Below, piece after piece: positions 37,357 to 46,155 of a stretch of 64,000 nucleotides of DNA (position 1 is its first letter; each line of letters begins with the position of its first letter). This stretch comes from an uncultured Chloroflexia bacterium (GTDB lineage Bacteria > Chloroflexota > Limnocylindria > Limnocylindrales > CSP1-4). Location of the stretch: positions 81,885-145,884 of the forward strand of contig CAVVNZ010000016.1 of NCBI GenBank assembly GCA_963749735.1, written 5' to 3'. Below the pieces are notes generated by a model. The model saw only the letters and a list, made by a program, of their open reading frames with translations. It did not search any database and was not told the DNA's origin. Made by a program: the position numbers and the translations under genes.

Positions 37357-38091
37357 GTGACCGACAACCAGCCGACCCCGGATCCGTCCGCGACGCCCCC
37401 GTTGCCGACCTTCCAGGCGCCGCAAGCACCGGACCCGTCGCCCGCGATGCCGACCTTCCAGCCGCCTCAGCCCCAGCCTCAAGCGGCCTTCCAGGCGCCC
37501 CAGCCGCAGCCCGTCTCGCCGGTGCCCGCCCAGCGATCGGGGCCCCGGAAGCGCGGGATCGTCGACGTCATCCTGGTGGTCGCGGCGGTCTTCGCGGTCG
37601 GCGGCGTCGGGTTCGCCCTGGGTCGTGCCACGGCACCGGCGGCGACGATCGCCCAGACCGGCGCGCGGGGCAACGGCCCGTTCGGCAACGGCGGCCAGTT
37701 CGGCAACGGCGGCAACGGCGGCCAGTTCCCGAACGGCGGTGAGTTCCCGAACGGTGGCCAGTTCGGCGGCGGCCAGGGCGGCAACGGTGGCGCCGGCGGC
37801 TTCGGCCGCGGGCTCGGCATCACCCTGAGCGGCCAGGTGACCGACATCTCGGCGGACCACCTCACGCTCAAGCTGGCGAGCGGCCAGTCGATCCAGATCG
37901 GCCTCAACAGCACGACGACCTACAACACCCAGACGCCGGCGACGGCGGGCGACGTCACGACCGGCAGCACGGTCCAGGTCCAGGTGACCCGTGGCGCCGG
38001 CGGCGGCGGGACCGGCAACGGCGGTGGCACCGGCAACGGCGGGACCCCGCAGCTCGGCGCCGCCTCGAGCGTGACGGTCGTCCCGAAGTGA
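37357..38091 (+). CDS. Single-pass membrane protein with Gly/Asn/Phe/Gln-rich low-complexity regions (hypothetical accessory protein)
   Basis: The GTG at 37357 has AGGAGA upstream. A Pro/Gln-rich N-terminus (PTFQAPQ repeats) and one TM helix are followed by GNGPFGNGGQFGNGGNGGQFPNGG. A small beta-type domain comes next (ITLSGQVTDISADHLTLKLASGQSIQIG...GSTVQVQVT). Confidence 0.65.
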   Translation: MTDNQPTPDPSATPPLPTFQAPQAPDPSPAMPTFQPPQPQPQAAFQAPQPQPVSPVPAQRSGPRKRGIVDVILVVAAVFAVGGVGFALGRATAPAATIAQTGARGNGPFGNGGQFGNGGNGGQFPNGGEFPNGGQFGGGQGGNGGAGGFGRGLGITLSGQVTDISADHLTLKLASGQSIQIGLNSTTTYNTQTPATAGDVTTGSTVQVQVTRGAGGGGTGNGGGTGNGGTPQLGAASSVTVVPK

Positions 38092-38099
38092 CCCCGGCA

Positions 38100-38131
38100 G
38101 CTGCTCGGCCGCACGGCGTCGGTCGAGCAGC
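38100..38131 (+). terminator. Hairpin downstream of 37357..38091
   Basis: gctgctcg (38100-38107) pairs with cgagcagc (38124-38131), starting 9 nt after the stop. There is no U-tract. Confidence 0.4.
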
Positions 38132-38159
38132 GTCCACCCCGTCCGAGTAGCGTTCCGGT

Positions 38160-38843
38160 ATGCACGTGCTCGTCGTCGAGGACGATCCGCGGTTGGGCCG
38201 GCTCCTCAGGCGACTGCTCGAGGAGGAGCGGCACGTGGTCGAGCTCGCCACCGACGTCCGCTCGGCGCTCGAGCTGGCCGAGGAGGTCGGCGGGCTCGAG
38301 GCGATCGTGCTCGACGTCGGGCTCCCGGACGGCTCCGGGCTGGACGTGGCGCGGCGCCTCCGGGCGACCGGCTCGACCATCCCGATCCTGATCCTGACCG
38401 CCCGCGACACGGTCGTCGACCGGGTGACCGGGCTCGATGCCGGCGCCGACGACTACCTGGTCAAGCCGTTCGCCTTCGAAGAGCTCGCCGCGAGACTCCG
38501 GGCCCTGGCGCGCCGAGCGGGAGGCCACGAGGCGGTCCGCTCGGGACTCCGGCTGGAGGTGGGCTCGATCGCGCTCGACGAGGCCCGACGTGAGGTGACC
38601 GCCGATGGCAAGCGGGTCGAGCTGAGCCCGCGCGAGTTCTCGCTGCTCGAGTACTTCCTGCGGCATCCGGGCGAGGCGCTGACCCGGGACCGCCTGCTCG
38701 ATCACGTCTGGCCGTCCGGTGTGGCGGTCACGCCGAACGCCGTCGACGCGTACGTCCACTACCTGCGAGACAAGCTCGGACCGGCCGGCGAGCGGATCCG
38801 GACCCTCCGCGGGATCGGCTACCGGCTTGAAGACTCCGCGTGA
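38160..38843 (+). CDS. OmpR-family response regulator
   Basis: It has a receiver domain (VLVVEDD, VLDVGLPDGSG, YLVKPF) and a winged-helix domain (LSPREFSLLEYF...RGIGYRL). Confidence 0.92.
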   Translation: MHVLVVEDDPRLGRLLRRLLEEERHVVELATDVRSALELAEEVGGLEAIVLDVGLPDGSGLDVARRLRATGSTIPILILTARDTVVDRVTGLDAGADDYLVKPFAFEELAARLRALARRAGGHEAVRSGLRLEVGSIALDEARREVTADGKRVELSPREFSLLEYFLRHPGEALTRDRLLDHVWPSGVAVTPNAVDAYVHYLRDKLGPAGERIRTLRGIGYRLEDSA

Positions 38844-40135
38844 GCGGCCTCCAGACCGGCGATGCGCGGCTGCTCGCCCGCGTCCGCTGGCATCTGATCG
38901 CCTGGAGCGGGGGCATCGTCCTCGTCGTGCTGGTCGCGCTGGGGATCGTGTTGACGATCGCCGTCGCCCGCTCGCTCGAGGCGACGGGGACGGCCCAGCT
39001 GGCGGAGCGCGCCACGACGCTGACCCGGATCATCCATAACGACCCGGACGGGGGAGCGGGTCCGGGACGGCCGCCGGTCGGGATCGCTTTCGGCGGTCCA
39101 TCGTCCGGGACGTTCGCGTTCGTGGTTCCGCCCAACGGGGCGATCATCGCCCCGGCCGGTCTCGACCTGTCCGCCGGGCTCCCGGACGACGCGGCGATCT
39201 CCTCGGTCCGCCTGACCGGCGCCGTCGACATCCGGACGGTCGACGTGGCCGGCACGCCGGTCCGCCTCCTGAGCGAGCCGGTCGAGCGCGGCGGCATCGT
39301 CTACATCCTGCAGGTCGGCCAGGACATCACCGCCGAACGCAAGACGATGACCACCCTGATCACGGTGCTCGCGGTCGGCGGCCTCGTCGCGATCCTGGCC
39401 GCGCTGGTGGCGGGCGGGATGAACGCTCGCCGGGCGCTCATCCCGATCCGCGACGCGCTGCGCCATCAGCGCGAGTTCGCCGCCGACGCCAGCCACGAGC
39501 TGCGGACGCCACTGGCCGTCGTCCGGGCGAGCGCGGAGCATCTGCGTCGCAACCCCGATCGGCCGGTCCGCGAGGTCGGGTCGGCGGTCGACGACATCAC
39601 GGCCGAGGTCGACCACCTCACCTCGCTGGTCGAGGACCTGCTGCTCCTGGCCCGCAGCGATTCGGGCGCCGTCGAGCTCGCCCGTGAGCCCGTCGACCTG
39701 GCCGATGTCGCGACGGACGCAAGCGAGGCCCTGGCTCCGCTCGCGGCCGCCTCGCAGGTCCGGATCAGCGTCGATCCGTCGCCGGCGGAGGTGGTCGGCG
39801 ATGCGGCTCGGCTCCGCCAGCTGGTGACGATCCTGGTCGACAACGCCATCCGCCACGGCCCGCTCGGCGGGACCGTGGCCGTGGCCGTCCGGAGCGACCC
39901 CCGCGATGCGACGCTGACGGTGGACGATGACGGCCCGGGGATCCCCGTGGCGGATCGGGAGCGGGTCTTCGACCGGTTCTGGCGCGCCCCCGACGCTCGA
40001 CCGGGCGGGACCGGCCTCGGGCTGGCGATCGGCGCCTGGATCGCCGAGCAGCACGGTGGCACGATCGCCGCGACGGAGCGGCCGGGTGGCGGCTCCCGCT
40101 TCATCGTCCGGCTGCCGATCGCCGGGTCGGCCTGA
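38840..40135 (+). CDS. Sensor histidine kinase
   Basis: The GTG overlaps the regulator stop. It has two TM helices, the H-box ASHELRTPLA, the N-box VDNAIRHGP, the G-boxes DDGPGIP and GTGLGLAI. Confidence 0.9.
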   Translation: MSGLQTGDARLLARVRWHLIAWSGGIVLVVLVALGIVLTIAVARSLEATGTAQLAERATTLTRIIHNDPDGGAGPGRPPVGIAFGGPSSGTFAFVVPPNGAIIAPAGLDLSAGLPDDAAISSVRLTGAVDIRTVDVAGTPVRLLSEPVERGGIVYILQVGQDITAERKTMTTLITVLAVGGLVAILAALVAGGMNARRALIPIRDALRHQREFAADASHELRTPLAVVRASAEHLRRNPDRPVREVGSAVDDITAEVDHLTSLVEDLLLLARSDSGAVELAREPVDLADVATDASEALAPLAAASQVRISVDPSPAEVVGDAARLRQLVTILVDNAIRHGPLGGTVAVAVRSDPRDATLTVDDDGPGIPVADRERVFDRFWRAPDARPGGTGLGLAIGAWIAEQHGGTIAATERPGGGSRFIVRLPIAGSA

Positions 40136-40138
40136 CCC

Positions 40139-42274
40139 TCAGGCGGCGACGACGAGGTCTCGACCGGCGGCCTTGGCCATCGCCAGACCGACGTCGGCGG
40201 CCGTGAACAGGTCCTCCGCGGTCTGCGCCGAGTCCTCGACCCGGGCGCACCCGGCCGATACCGTGGCGTGGAGCGGTGCGCCGTCGGCCCCGTTGAACGA
40301 GCTGGCCGCCCAGGCGAGGCGGACCTCGTTGGCGATCCGGACGGCGTCATCGAGCGACGCGCCGTCGAGCACGGCCACGAACTCCTCGCCTCCATAGCGG
40401 GCGACGAGGTCGCTCGCCCGGAACCGCTCATCGAGGAGCTCGCCGAACCCGCGCAGCACCATGTCGCCGACCCGGTGGCCGTGACGCTTGTTGAACGCCC
40501 CGAACCGGTCGAGGTCGAACAGGATGACCGCCGCCGGCGGGCGCTCGGCCGGATCGCGGCGACGCCGGGCCGCCAGGAAGCGGTCCAGCGACGCGTCGAG
40601 ATGCCGCCGATTGAACAGACCGGTGAGCGGGTCCCGGATCGATGCCTCGGTGACGTCCGCGTGCAGGAAGGTGTTCGTGATCGCCAGCGCGACCTGGGTC
40701 CCGAGCACCTCGAGGACCTCGCGCTCGATCCGGCTGAACGGCTCGGACAGCTCGTTCCGGGTGACGCTGAGGGCGCCCACCACGACGCCGTCGCGGATGA
40801 GCGGCTGGGCGATCGCCGCGAGCACGTCGTTGACGTTCGCGCCGCGAACGTCCGGCGGGAAGCGCTCCCGGTCGAGCGCCTCGTCGACCACCACCGACCG
40901 ATCCCGGATCGCTCGGCCGGACACCCCTTCGCCGGGACGGATCTCGGCACCGATGAAGCTCAGGTCGCCGCCGCTCATCCCGCGGATGAAGTACTGGCCG
41001 GTCGACCGGTCGAGGACGGTCAGCACCACGATGTCGCTGTCAAGCACGCGTCGGACGCCGGCCACGATGGTCGGATAGACGGTGTCGGTGACGAGGCTGC
41101 CGGTCACCGAGTTGCCGAACGCGGTGAGGCGTTGGAACAGGTCCGCCCGCTCGGCGAGCGAGCGGCGTTCGCGGGCCAGGGCCAGCGCTGACGCCAGCCG
41201 ATCCGCGACCAGCACCACCGAGCCGAAGTCGGTCTCGTCGAGCGTGTCCGCATCGGCCTCGACATTGACGATCCCGAGCAGGTCGTCGTCGACCACCAGG
41301 GGCGCGCAGATCTCGCTGGTGACCCCGGGCGCGACCTCGATGAAGTCGGGATCCCGCGAGGTGTCGGTGACCAGCTCGGCGCGGCGGGTCCGGATGACCC
41401 GGCCGATGACCCCCGAGCTGCCGTCGAACGTCTCGATCGCGTCGGCGTAGCCGCGCTGGGCGCCCAGCCGGACCCGCTCGCCGTCGCCGAGGTAGATCGA
41501 CACGTGGGGGTAGCCGAGCTCGTGGTGGAGCAGGTCCATGACCTGCTCGAGGACCTCGTTCTCCGGCCCGCGTGCGGCGAGGGCCCGGCCGGCCGCCTCG
41601 ACCGCCGCGACGTGACGGTTCCGCCGTCGGCCGTCGGCCAGGGTCTGGCGAAGCCGCCTGAGCGCCTGCTCGAGCGATGACACCGTCCGGCGCGTCCCGA
41701 CCACGAGGATCGCCGTGACCGACGCGAGGACCAGCCCGCGCTGGACGGCCAGCGCCAACCCTTCACCGGTGAGCAGCGCCGGCCCGAGGTACGCCACGGC
41801 GGCCATCGACGCGACGATCGCCGCTTCACGCCCGCCGTACGCGGCCGCCATCGTGACGACCGGGATGGCGAGCGCGGTCAGCGGTCGGAAGCCGGCGTTC
41901 CCGGTCTGGTTGGCGACCGCGGTCACGAACACGAGGGCCAGCGTCAGACGGGGGACCGGCCGGGTGAGCCAGCCGACGTGGCGACCGTGCACCGGCGCCG
42001 CCGAGAGCAGGACCTGGATGAGGACGTACAGCAGCGCGACGGCGATGACCCCGGTCGAGCCGGCCTGAGGGGCGGTCAGGTGGACGAGGATCGTCGGGAC
42101 GGCCAGCCCGATCGCGAGCAGGACGTGCGGGTCGTCGGCCGTCCGCCGGACGGCACGCCGCAGCCTTCGCGCGGGATCCGGGCGCGGCGCGCTCCGCGCC
42201 CGGCCTGCCACGGTCGTCGACATGATCGGAGTGTCGGAGCCGCCCGGTGCTCCCTGCCACCACCCGTGGGTCAT
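40139..42274 (-). CDS. Membrane-anchored GAF-GAF-GGDEF diguanylate cyclase
   Basis: 711 aa. It has an N-terminal multi-TM region, two GAF-like regions, an active-site GGEEF and an RASD I-site five residues upstream. Confidence 0.88.
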   Translation of the reverse strand: MTHGWWQGAPGGSDTPIMSTTVAGRARSAPRPDPARRLRRAVRRTADDPHVLLAIGLAVPTILVHLTAPQAGSTGVIAVALLYVLIQVLLSAAPVHGRHVGWLTRPVPRLTLALVFVTAVANQTGNAGFRPLTALAIPVVTMAAAYGGREAAIVASMAAVAYLGPALLTGEGLALAVQRGLVLASVTAILVVGTRRTVSSLEQALRRLRQTLADGRRRNRHVAAVEAAGRALAARGPENEVLEQVMDLLHHELGYPHVSIYLGDGERVRLGAQRGYADAIETFDGSSGVIGRVIRTRRAELVTDTSRDPDFIEVAPGVTSEICAPLVVDDDLLGIVNVEADADTLDETDFGSVVLVADRLASALALARERRSLAERADLFQRLTAFGNSVTGSLVTDTVYPTIVAGVRRVLDSDIVVLTVLDRSTGQYFIRGMSGGDLSFIGAEIRPGEGVSGRAIRDRSVVVDEALDRERFPPDVRGANVNDVLAAIAQPLIRDGVVVGALSVTRNELSEPFSRIEREVLEVLGTQVALAITNTFLHADVTEASIRDPLTGLFNRRHLDASLDRFLAARRRRDPAERPPAAVILFDLDRFGAFNKRHGHRVGDMVLRGFGELLDERFRASDLVARYGGEEFVAVLDGASLDDAVRIANEVRLAWAASSFNGADGAPLHATVSAGCARVEDSAQTAEDLFTAADVGLAMAKAAGRDLVVAA

Positions 42275-42276
42275 GC

Positions 42277-42302
42277 CCGGGTAGGGCGTTCGGACTACCC
42301 GG
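42277..42302 (-). terminator. Hairpin between the yhaN-like stop and the GGDEF start
   Basis: ccgggtag (42277-42284) pairs with ctacccgg (42295-42302), with a 10-nt loop. It ends 2 nt before the ATG at 42274. Confidence 0.4.
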
Positions 42303-42313
42303 CGTTGGGTCGG

Positions 42314-44908
42314 TCAGGCCATCGCGGGGGTGGCCGCGAGCCGGACGAGCCGGTCGTCCTCGCCGGTCAGGTTCGCCTCGGCCCAGGCCAGCGCCCGCTC
42401 GTCGTGGGTGAACACCACGACCTGTCGTTCCCGACTCGTCTCGTGCAGGAGGTCGAGCAGCTCGAACGCACGGACCTGGTCGGACTGGACCGTCACCTCG
42501 TCGCAGATCAGCGGGGCCACCTCGCCGGGGGTCACGAGCTGCTCGGTCATCGCCAGCCGAAGGAGGAGATAGATCTGCTCGCGCGTCCCATGCGACAGGC
42601 GCTGGGCGTCGCGCCACCGGCCGCCGTCGGCCGCCTTGACCCGGACAGCCAGGTCGGCGGGATTGACCGCCGCCTCGACGTACCGTCCGCCACTGATCCT
42701 TGGAAGCTCCGACGCGATGGCGGCGCCGAGGACCGGCGCCAGGTCGCGATGGATCCGGGTCTCGGCCGCGCGAAGCAGGCCGAGCGTCGTCTGGAGGACG
42801 AGGTCGAGACCGGTCACCCGTCCGAGCTCCGCCTCGGCGGCGGCGAGTCGTTCCTCGGCCTCCGCCACGCTGTCGAGGCCGCGTTCGACCTCGGCCAGCT
42901 GTCCGCCGATCCGATCGGCATCGGCCCGCGCCGCGACGGCCTCGCCCTCGAGTCGCGCGATCCGGCCCTCGGGGTCCGGCCCGGGATCGAGGCTCGCGAC
43001 GGCCGCCGGATCGGAACCGCGTGCCGCCGCGACCGCCCGGGCCGCGAGACGATCCGCCTCCGTCCGGAGGTCCGTGACGGTCCGCCCGTCGAGAAGGGTC
43101 GCGAGCTCCTGCCATTCGCGCAGGGCGGTCTCGTCGGCGGCCCCCTGTTCGGCGCGCCGCGCCTGCCACGCTCGAAGACGGGCGACGAGCTCCGCCGCCT
43201 GTGGAGCCACGGCCGCGATCGTCTCGTCCACCAGTCCCGCCTGCGCCGCCACCCGCCGCAGATCCGCATCGATCCGGGCGAGCCGGGCGTCCACCTCGGT
43301 CGCCCGGCGCTCCAGGTCGCTTCGGGCGGCGATGGCCGCGCGAAGGGTGTCCGCCCCGCTCGCCTCGCCGGCCCGGGTGGCCCGCGTCCGGCAGTCGGCC
43401 AGGTACCGGTCGTAGGCCGCATCGAGATCGTCGGCCGTCGCCGGTGTCCCATGAGCCACGATCAGCCGTGCGAGCGTGCCGGCCGCATCGGCCAGGGCCG
43501 CCGCACGCTCGGCGGACAGCCGGTCCCAGGCCGACCGGCGGTCCTCGGGCGCCGCCACCGGCGAGGGTGCCGGCGCCGGGGACGGGAGCGCGGTCCTGCC
43601 GGCAGGACGGCGGCCGGCGCGGAGCGTGGCGACGAGCCCGAGCGCGATCCCGCCGGCCAGCAGGGCCAGCCCGATGAGCGGGAGGGCGGCGGCGATCAGG
43701 GCGAGCCCGGCCGCCCCCACGACGACCGCGCCGGCGACGGCTCCGAGGGTCCGACCTCGCGGCCGGGCTGCATCGTCGACCCGGGCCGGGCCATTCGGCG
43801 GTGGGATCGCTTCGTCGGGCGGCGCCGGCGCCTCGGGGCGCTCGCCGACGAGCCGGAGGGCCTCGGCCGCCCGGTCGGACGCGGTCTTGGCACGGACGAC
43901 CTCCTCGGCGGGCACGAGGTCGCCGTCCGGTGCGGTCGGCAGGCTCGCCAGCCGGCGCGCCAGGACGTCCGCGCCGTCACCCTCGAGCGACACGGGGGTG
44001 GGCCGTGAGTCCCAGGCGTCCAGGACGGCCGCCACGCGGTCGCTCAGCTCGTCGCGGGCGACGATCCCGGACGGGGCGCCCTCCGGGTACCGTGCGGCCA
44101 GCTCCGCGGCCCGGTCCGCATTGCGGACGGCCGCCTCGGCACGCCCGGCGGCGACCGCGGCCACCAGCGGCCGGGCGAGGGCATCGGCGCGATCGGCCCG
44201 GTCCCTGGCCGCGTCCACCTCCGCCACGAGGTCGAGGTAGGCGGCATGCCGGTCCCGGGTGGCCGCCAGCCGATCGGCGGCCGACTCGAGCGCCAGCCGG
44301 GCCCGGCGGAGCGGCTTGGTGCTGTTGGCCCGGTCCTCGCCGACCTGTGCCCGTCGGAAGTCCTCCAGCCGGTCGATCGCCGCCGCTGCCGTCGCGTCGG
44401 TCCCCATCGTCGAGGCGGCGCGCTGGATGTGCTCCTGGAGCAGGTCCGGATCGCGAGCGATGGCGAGCAGCTCGGTCTGGCCGATGCAGGCCGTCGCCAG
44501 GAACGCCCGACGGTCGAGCCCCAGCCAGCGTGAGCCGTCAGGGCTGCCCTCGAACATGATCTCGTTCGAGACGTCGAGACCGAGCGCGACGTCCGTCGCC
44601 CGGCAGGCGACCCTGCCCGCCAGGTCCTGGCGGATCTCGATCCGACGGCCGTCGGCGAGACGGACGAGCACCTCCGCCTCCCAGCGCTCGTCGTCCCACG
44701 GCTTGTGCAGGTCGCGGAACTCACGGTCCTCGCCGGTCAGCCCGCCTCGGCTCCGGCGGACCCCACACAGGCCCGCGTACAGCGCGGCGTGCCAGCTCGA
44801 CTTGCCGGCCTCGTTCGGCCCGTGGACCACGGTCATCCCCGGGGCGAGGTCGAGGGTCGCGTCGATCAGTGGGCCGAAGGCGTGGGCGACGACGCGCTCG
44901 ATCCTCAC
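42314..44908 (-). CDS. SMC/Rad50/SbcC-like AAA ATPase (YhaN-like) with a central membrane hairpin
   Basis: 864 aa. Walker A is GPNEAGKSS, the signature is LSHGTREQ and Walker B is LICDEV. Long Ala/Arg/Glu-rich helical arms flank two hydrophobic helices at aa 387-429. Confidence 0.85.
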   Translation of the reverse strand: MRIERVVAHAFGPLIDATLDLAPGMTVVHGPNEAGKSSWHAALYAGLCGVRRSRGGLTGEDREFRDLHKPWDDERWEAEVLVRLADGRRIEIRQDLAGRVACRATDVALGLDVSNEIMFEGSPDGSRWLGLDRRAFLATACIGQTELLAIARDPDLLQEHIQRAASTMGTDATAAAAIDRLEDFRRAQVGEDRANSTKPLRRARLALESAADRLAATRDRHAAYLDLVAEVDAARDRADRADALARPLVAAVAAGRAEAAVRNADRAAELAARYPEGAPSGIVARDELSDRVAAVLDAWDSRPTPVSLEGDGADVLARRLASLPTAPDGDLVPAEEVVRAKTASDRAAEALRLVGERPEAPAPPDEAIPPPNGPARVDDAARPRGRTLGAVAGAVVVGAAGLALIAAALPLIGLALLAGGIALGLVATLRAGRRPAGRTALPSPAPAPSPVAAPEDRRSAWDRLSAERAAALADAAGTLARLIVAHGTPATADDLDAAYDRYLADCRTRATRAGEASGADTLRAAIAARSDLERRATEVDARLARIDADLRRVAAQAGLVDETIAAVAPQAAELVARLRAWQARRAEQGAADETALREWQELATLLDGRTVTDLRTEADRLAARAVAAARGSDPAAVASLDPGPDPEGRIARLEGEAVAARADADRIGGQLAEVERGLDSVAEAEERLAAAEAELGRVTGLDLVLQTTLGLLRAAETRIHRDLAPVLGAAIASELPRISGGRYVEAAVNPADLAVRVKAADGGRWRDAQRLSHGTREQIYLLLRLAMTEQLVTPGEVAPLICDEVTVQSDQVRAFELLDLLHETSRERQVVVFTHDERALAWAEANLTGEDDRLVRLAATPAMA

Positions 44909-44910
44909 GC

Positions 44911-46008
44911 TCAGGCGACGTCCAGGTCGTCGCGCCCGTCGAGCGCACGCAATCCCGTGACGAGGACCCGCTCGGCGATCTCGGGGTCGAGCTCGGCGGC
45001 GCGGACATCACGGACGAACTGGCCGCGGACGGTGGCCTCCTCGAGCAGCGACGCCAGGTCGTAGGCTGGACGGACGCCGCTCATCCGGACGACGGTGCCG
45101 TCCAGCCCGGCGAACAGCGGCTCGAGGTCGGCCGCCGACAGCTCGACATCGGCGGCGATCTCGCCGGCGAGGGTCAGCCGGACGGTCCCCTCCACCCCGA
45201 CCAGGGCGAGCCCGACGGCGTCCTTGACTTCCTGGCGCGTCGCCGCTCCTGCGACGTCGACGGCGATGTCGTGGACCCGGCTCGTCGCGACCGGGACCCG
45301 TCGTCGGTCGACCGAGCCGTCGGCTCCGACGGTGGCGATGACCGCGCCGCGGTCGCCGTCCTCACCGAACGTGAGCGGGTCGGGGTTGCCCGGGTAGGTG
45401 TGTCGCCGGGCGTCACGCGGCGCGTGGAAATGGCCGAGGAACGCGTGATCGAGCCCGCCGGCCTCGACCTCCCACGCGTCGAACGCGGCATGCGGCGCCT
45501 TGCCCGTCTCCTGGAAGGCCAGTCCGCCCCGCTCTGCGGCGTGGAACAGGCCCAGGTTGACGCCGGACCGGTCGACCTTGAAGCCGTCGAGGAAGTCGTC
45601 GGTGTTGGCCGGTGCCCGATGCGCCCCGCCCCACAGGGTCACGCCGTCGGTCAGCGCGACCGGGACCAGCCGGGCTTCGTCGAAGACGTGGACGTTGGGA
45701 GTCCAGTCGATCCGCTCGTAGGCGCTCGCGGGGCCGTACCAGTCGTGGTTGCCCGGGGCGAGGTAGACGGGGATCGGATCGAGGCGGGCGAATGCCTCGC
45801 GCAGGAACCCGGCCGTGTCGGGGGTGATCCGTTCGTGCTCGTACAGGTCGCCCCCACTGAGGACGACGTCGACGCCCTCGGCACGGGCGAGCTCGACGAT
45901 CCTGAGCAGGGTGGCCCGCAGGTTCTCGCGGCGGGCTCGCGCCGTCGCCGGCGACGCCCAGGCGAACTGCGCGTCGAGATGCAGATCGGAGAAATGGAGG
46001 AGCTTCAC
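44911..46008 (-). CDS. Metallophosphoesterase DNA-repair exonuclease (SbcD/YhaO-like)
   Basis: 365 aa. It has HFSDLHLD, GGDLYE, GNHD and GHFH. There is a 2-nt gap to the ATPase gene. Confidence 0.88.
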   Translation of the reverse strand: MKLLHFSDLHLDAQFAWASPATARARRENLRATLLRIVELARAEGVDVVLSGGDLYEHERITPDTAGFLREAFARLDPIPVYLAPGNHDWYGPASAYERIDWTPNVHVFDEARLVPVALTDGVTLWGGAHRAPANTDDFLDGFKVDRSGVNLGLFHAAERGGLAFQETGKAPHAAFDAWEVEAGGLDHAFLGHFHAPRDARRHTYPGNPDPLTFGEDGDRGAVIATVGADGSVDRRRVPVATSRVHDIAVDVAGAATRQEVKDAVGLALVGVEGTVRLTLAGEIAADVELSAADLEPLFAGLDGTVVRMSGVRPAYDLASLLEEATVRGQFVRDVRAAELDPEIAERVLVTGLRALDGRDDLDVA

Positions 46009-46155
46009 CGGCCGAGCGTCCGACGGCGGACCGGGGCCGGCCGAGCATCGAGGACGCCGTCGTATCGCACGGTCCCCAACGGTACACCAGGCGGCCGGGT
46101 CGGCGGGTCTCGCCTACGGGGACGACGAGGTCGCTCACGAAGGTCGGGGCCTAGA

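Noticed and set aside
40139-46008. Nuclease, SMC-like ATPase and GGDEF read as a cyclic-nucleotide defence system (CBASS-like)
   Set aside because: The cyclase is an ordinary membrane GAF-GGDEF enzyme with an I-site, not a CD-NTase. It is separated from the pair by a hairpin, and no effector with a nucleotide sensor is present. I kept only the linkage as a low-interest note.
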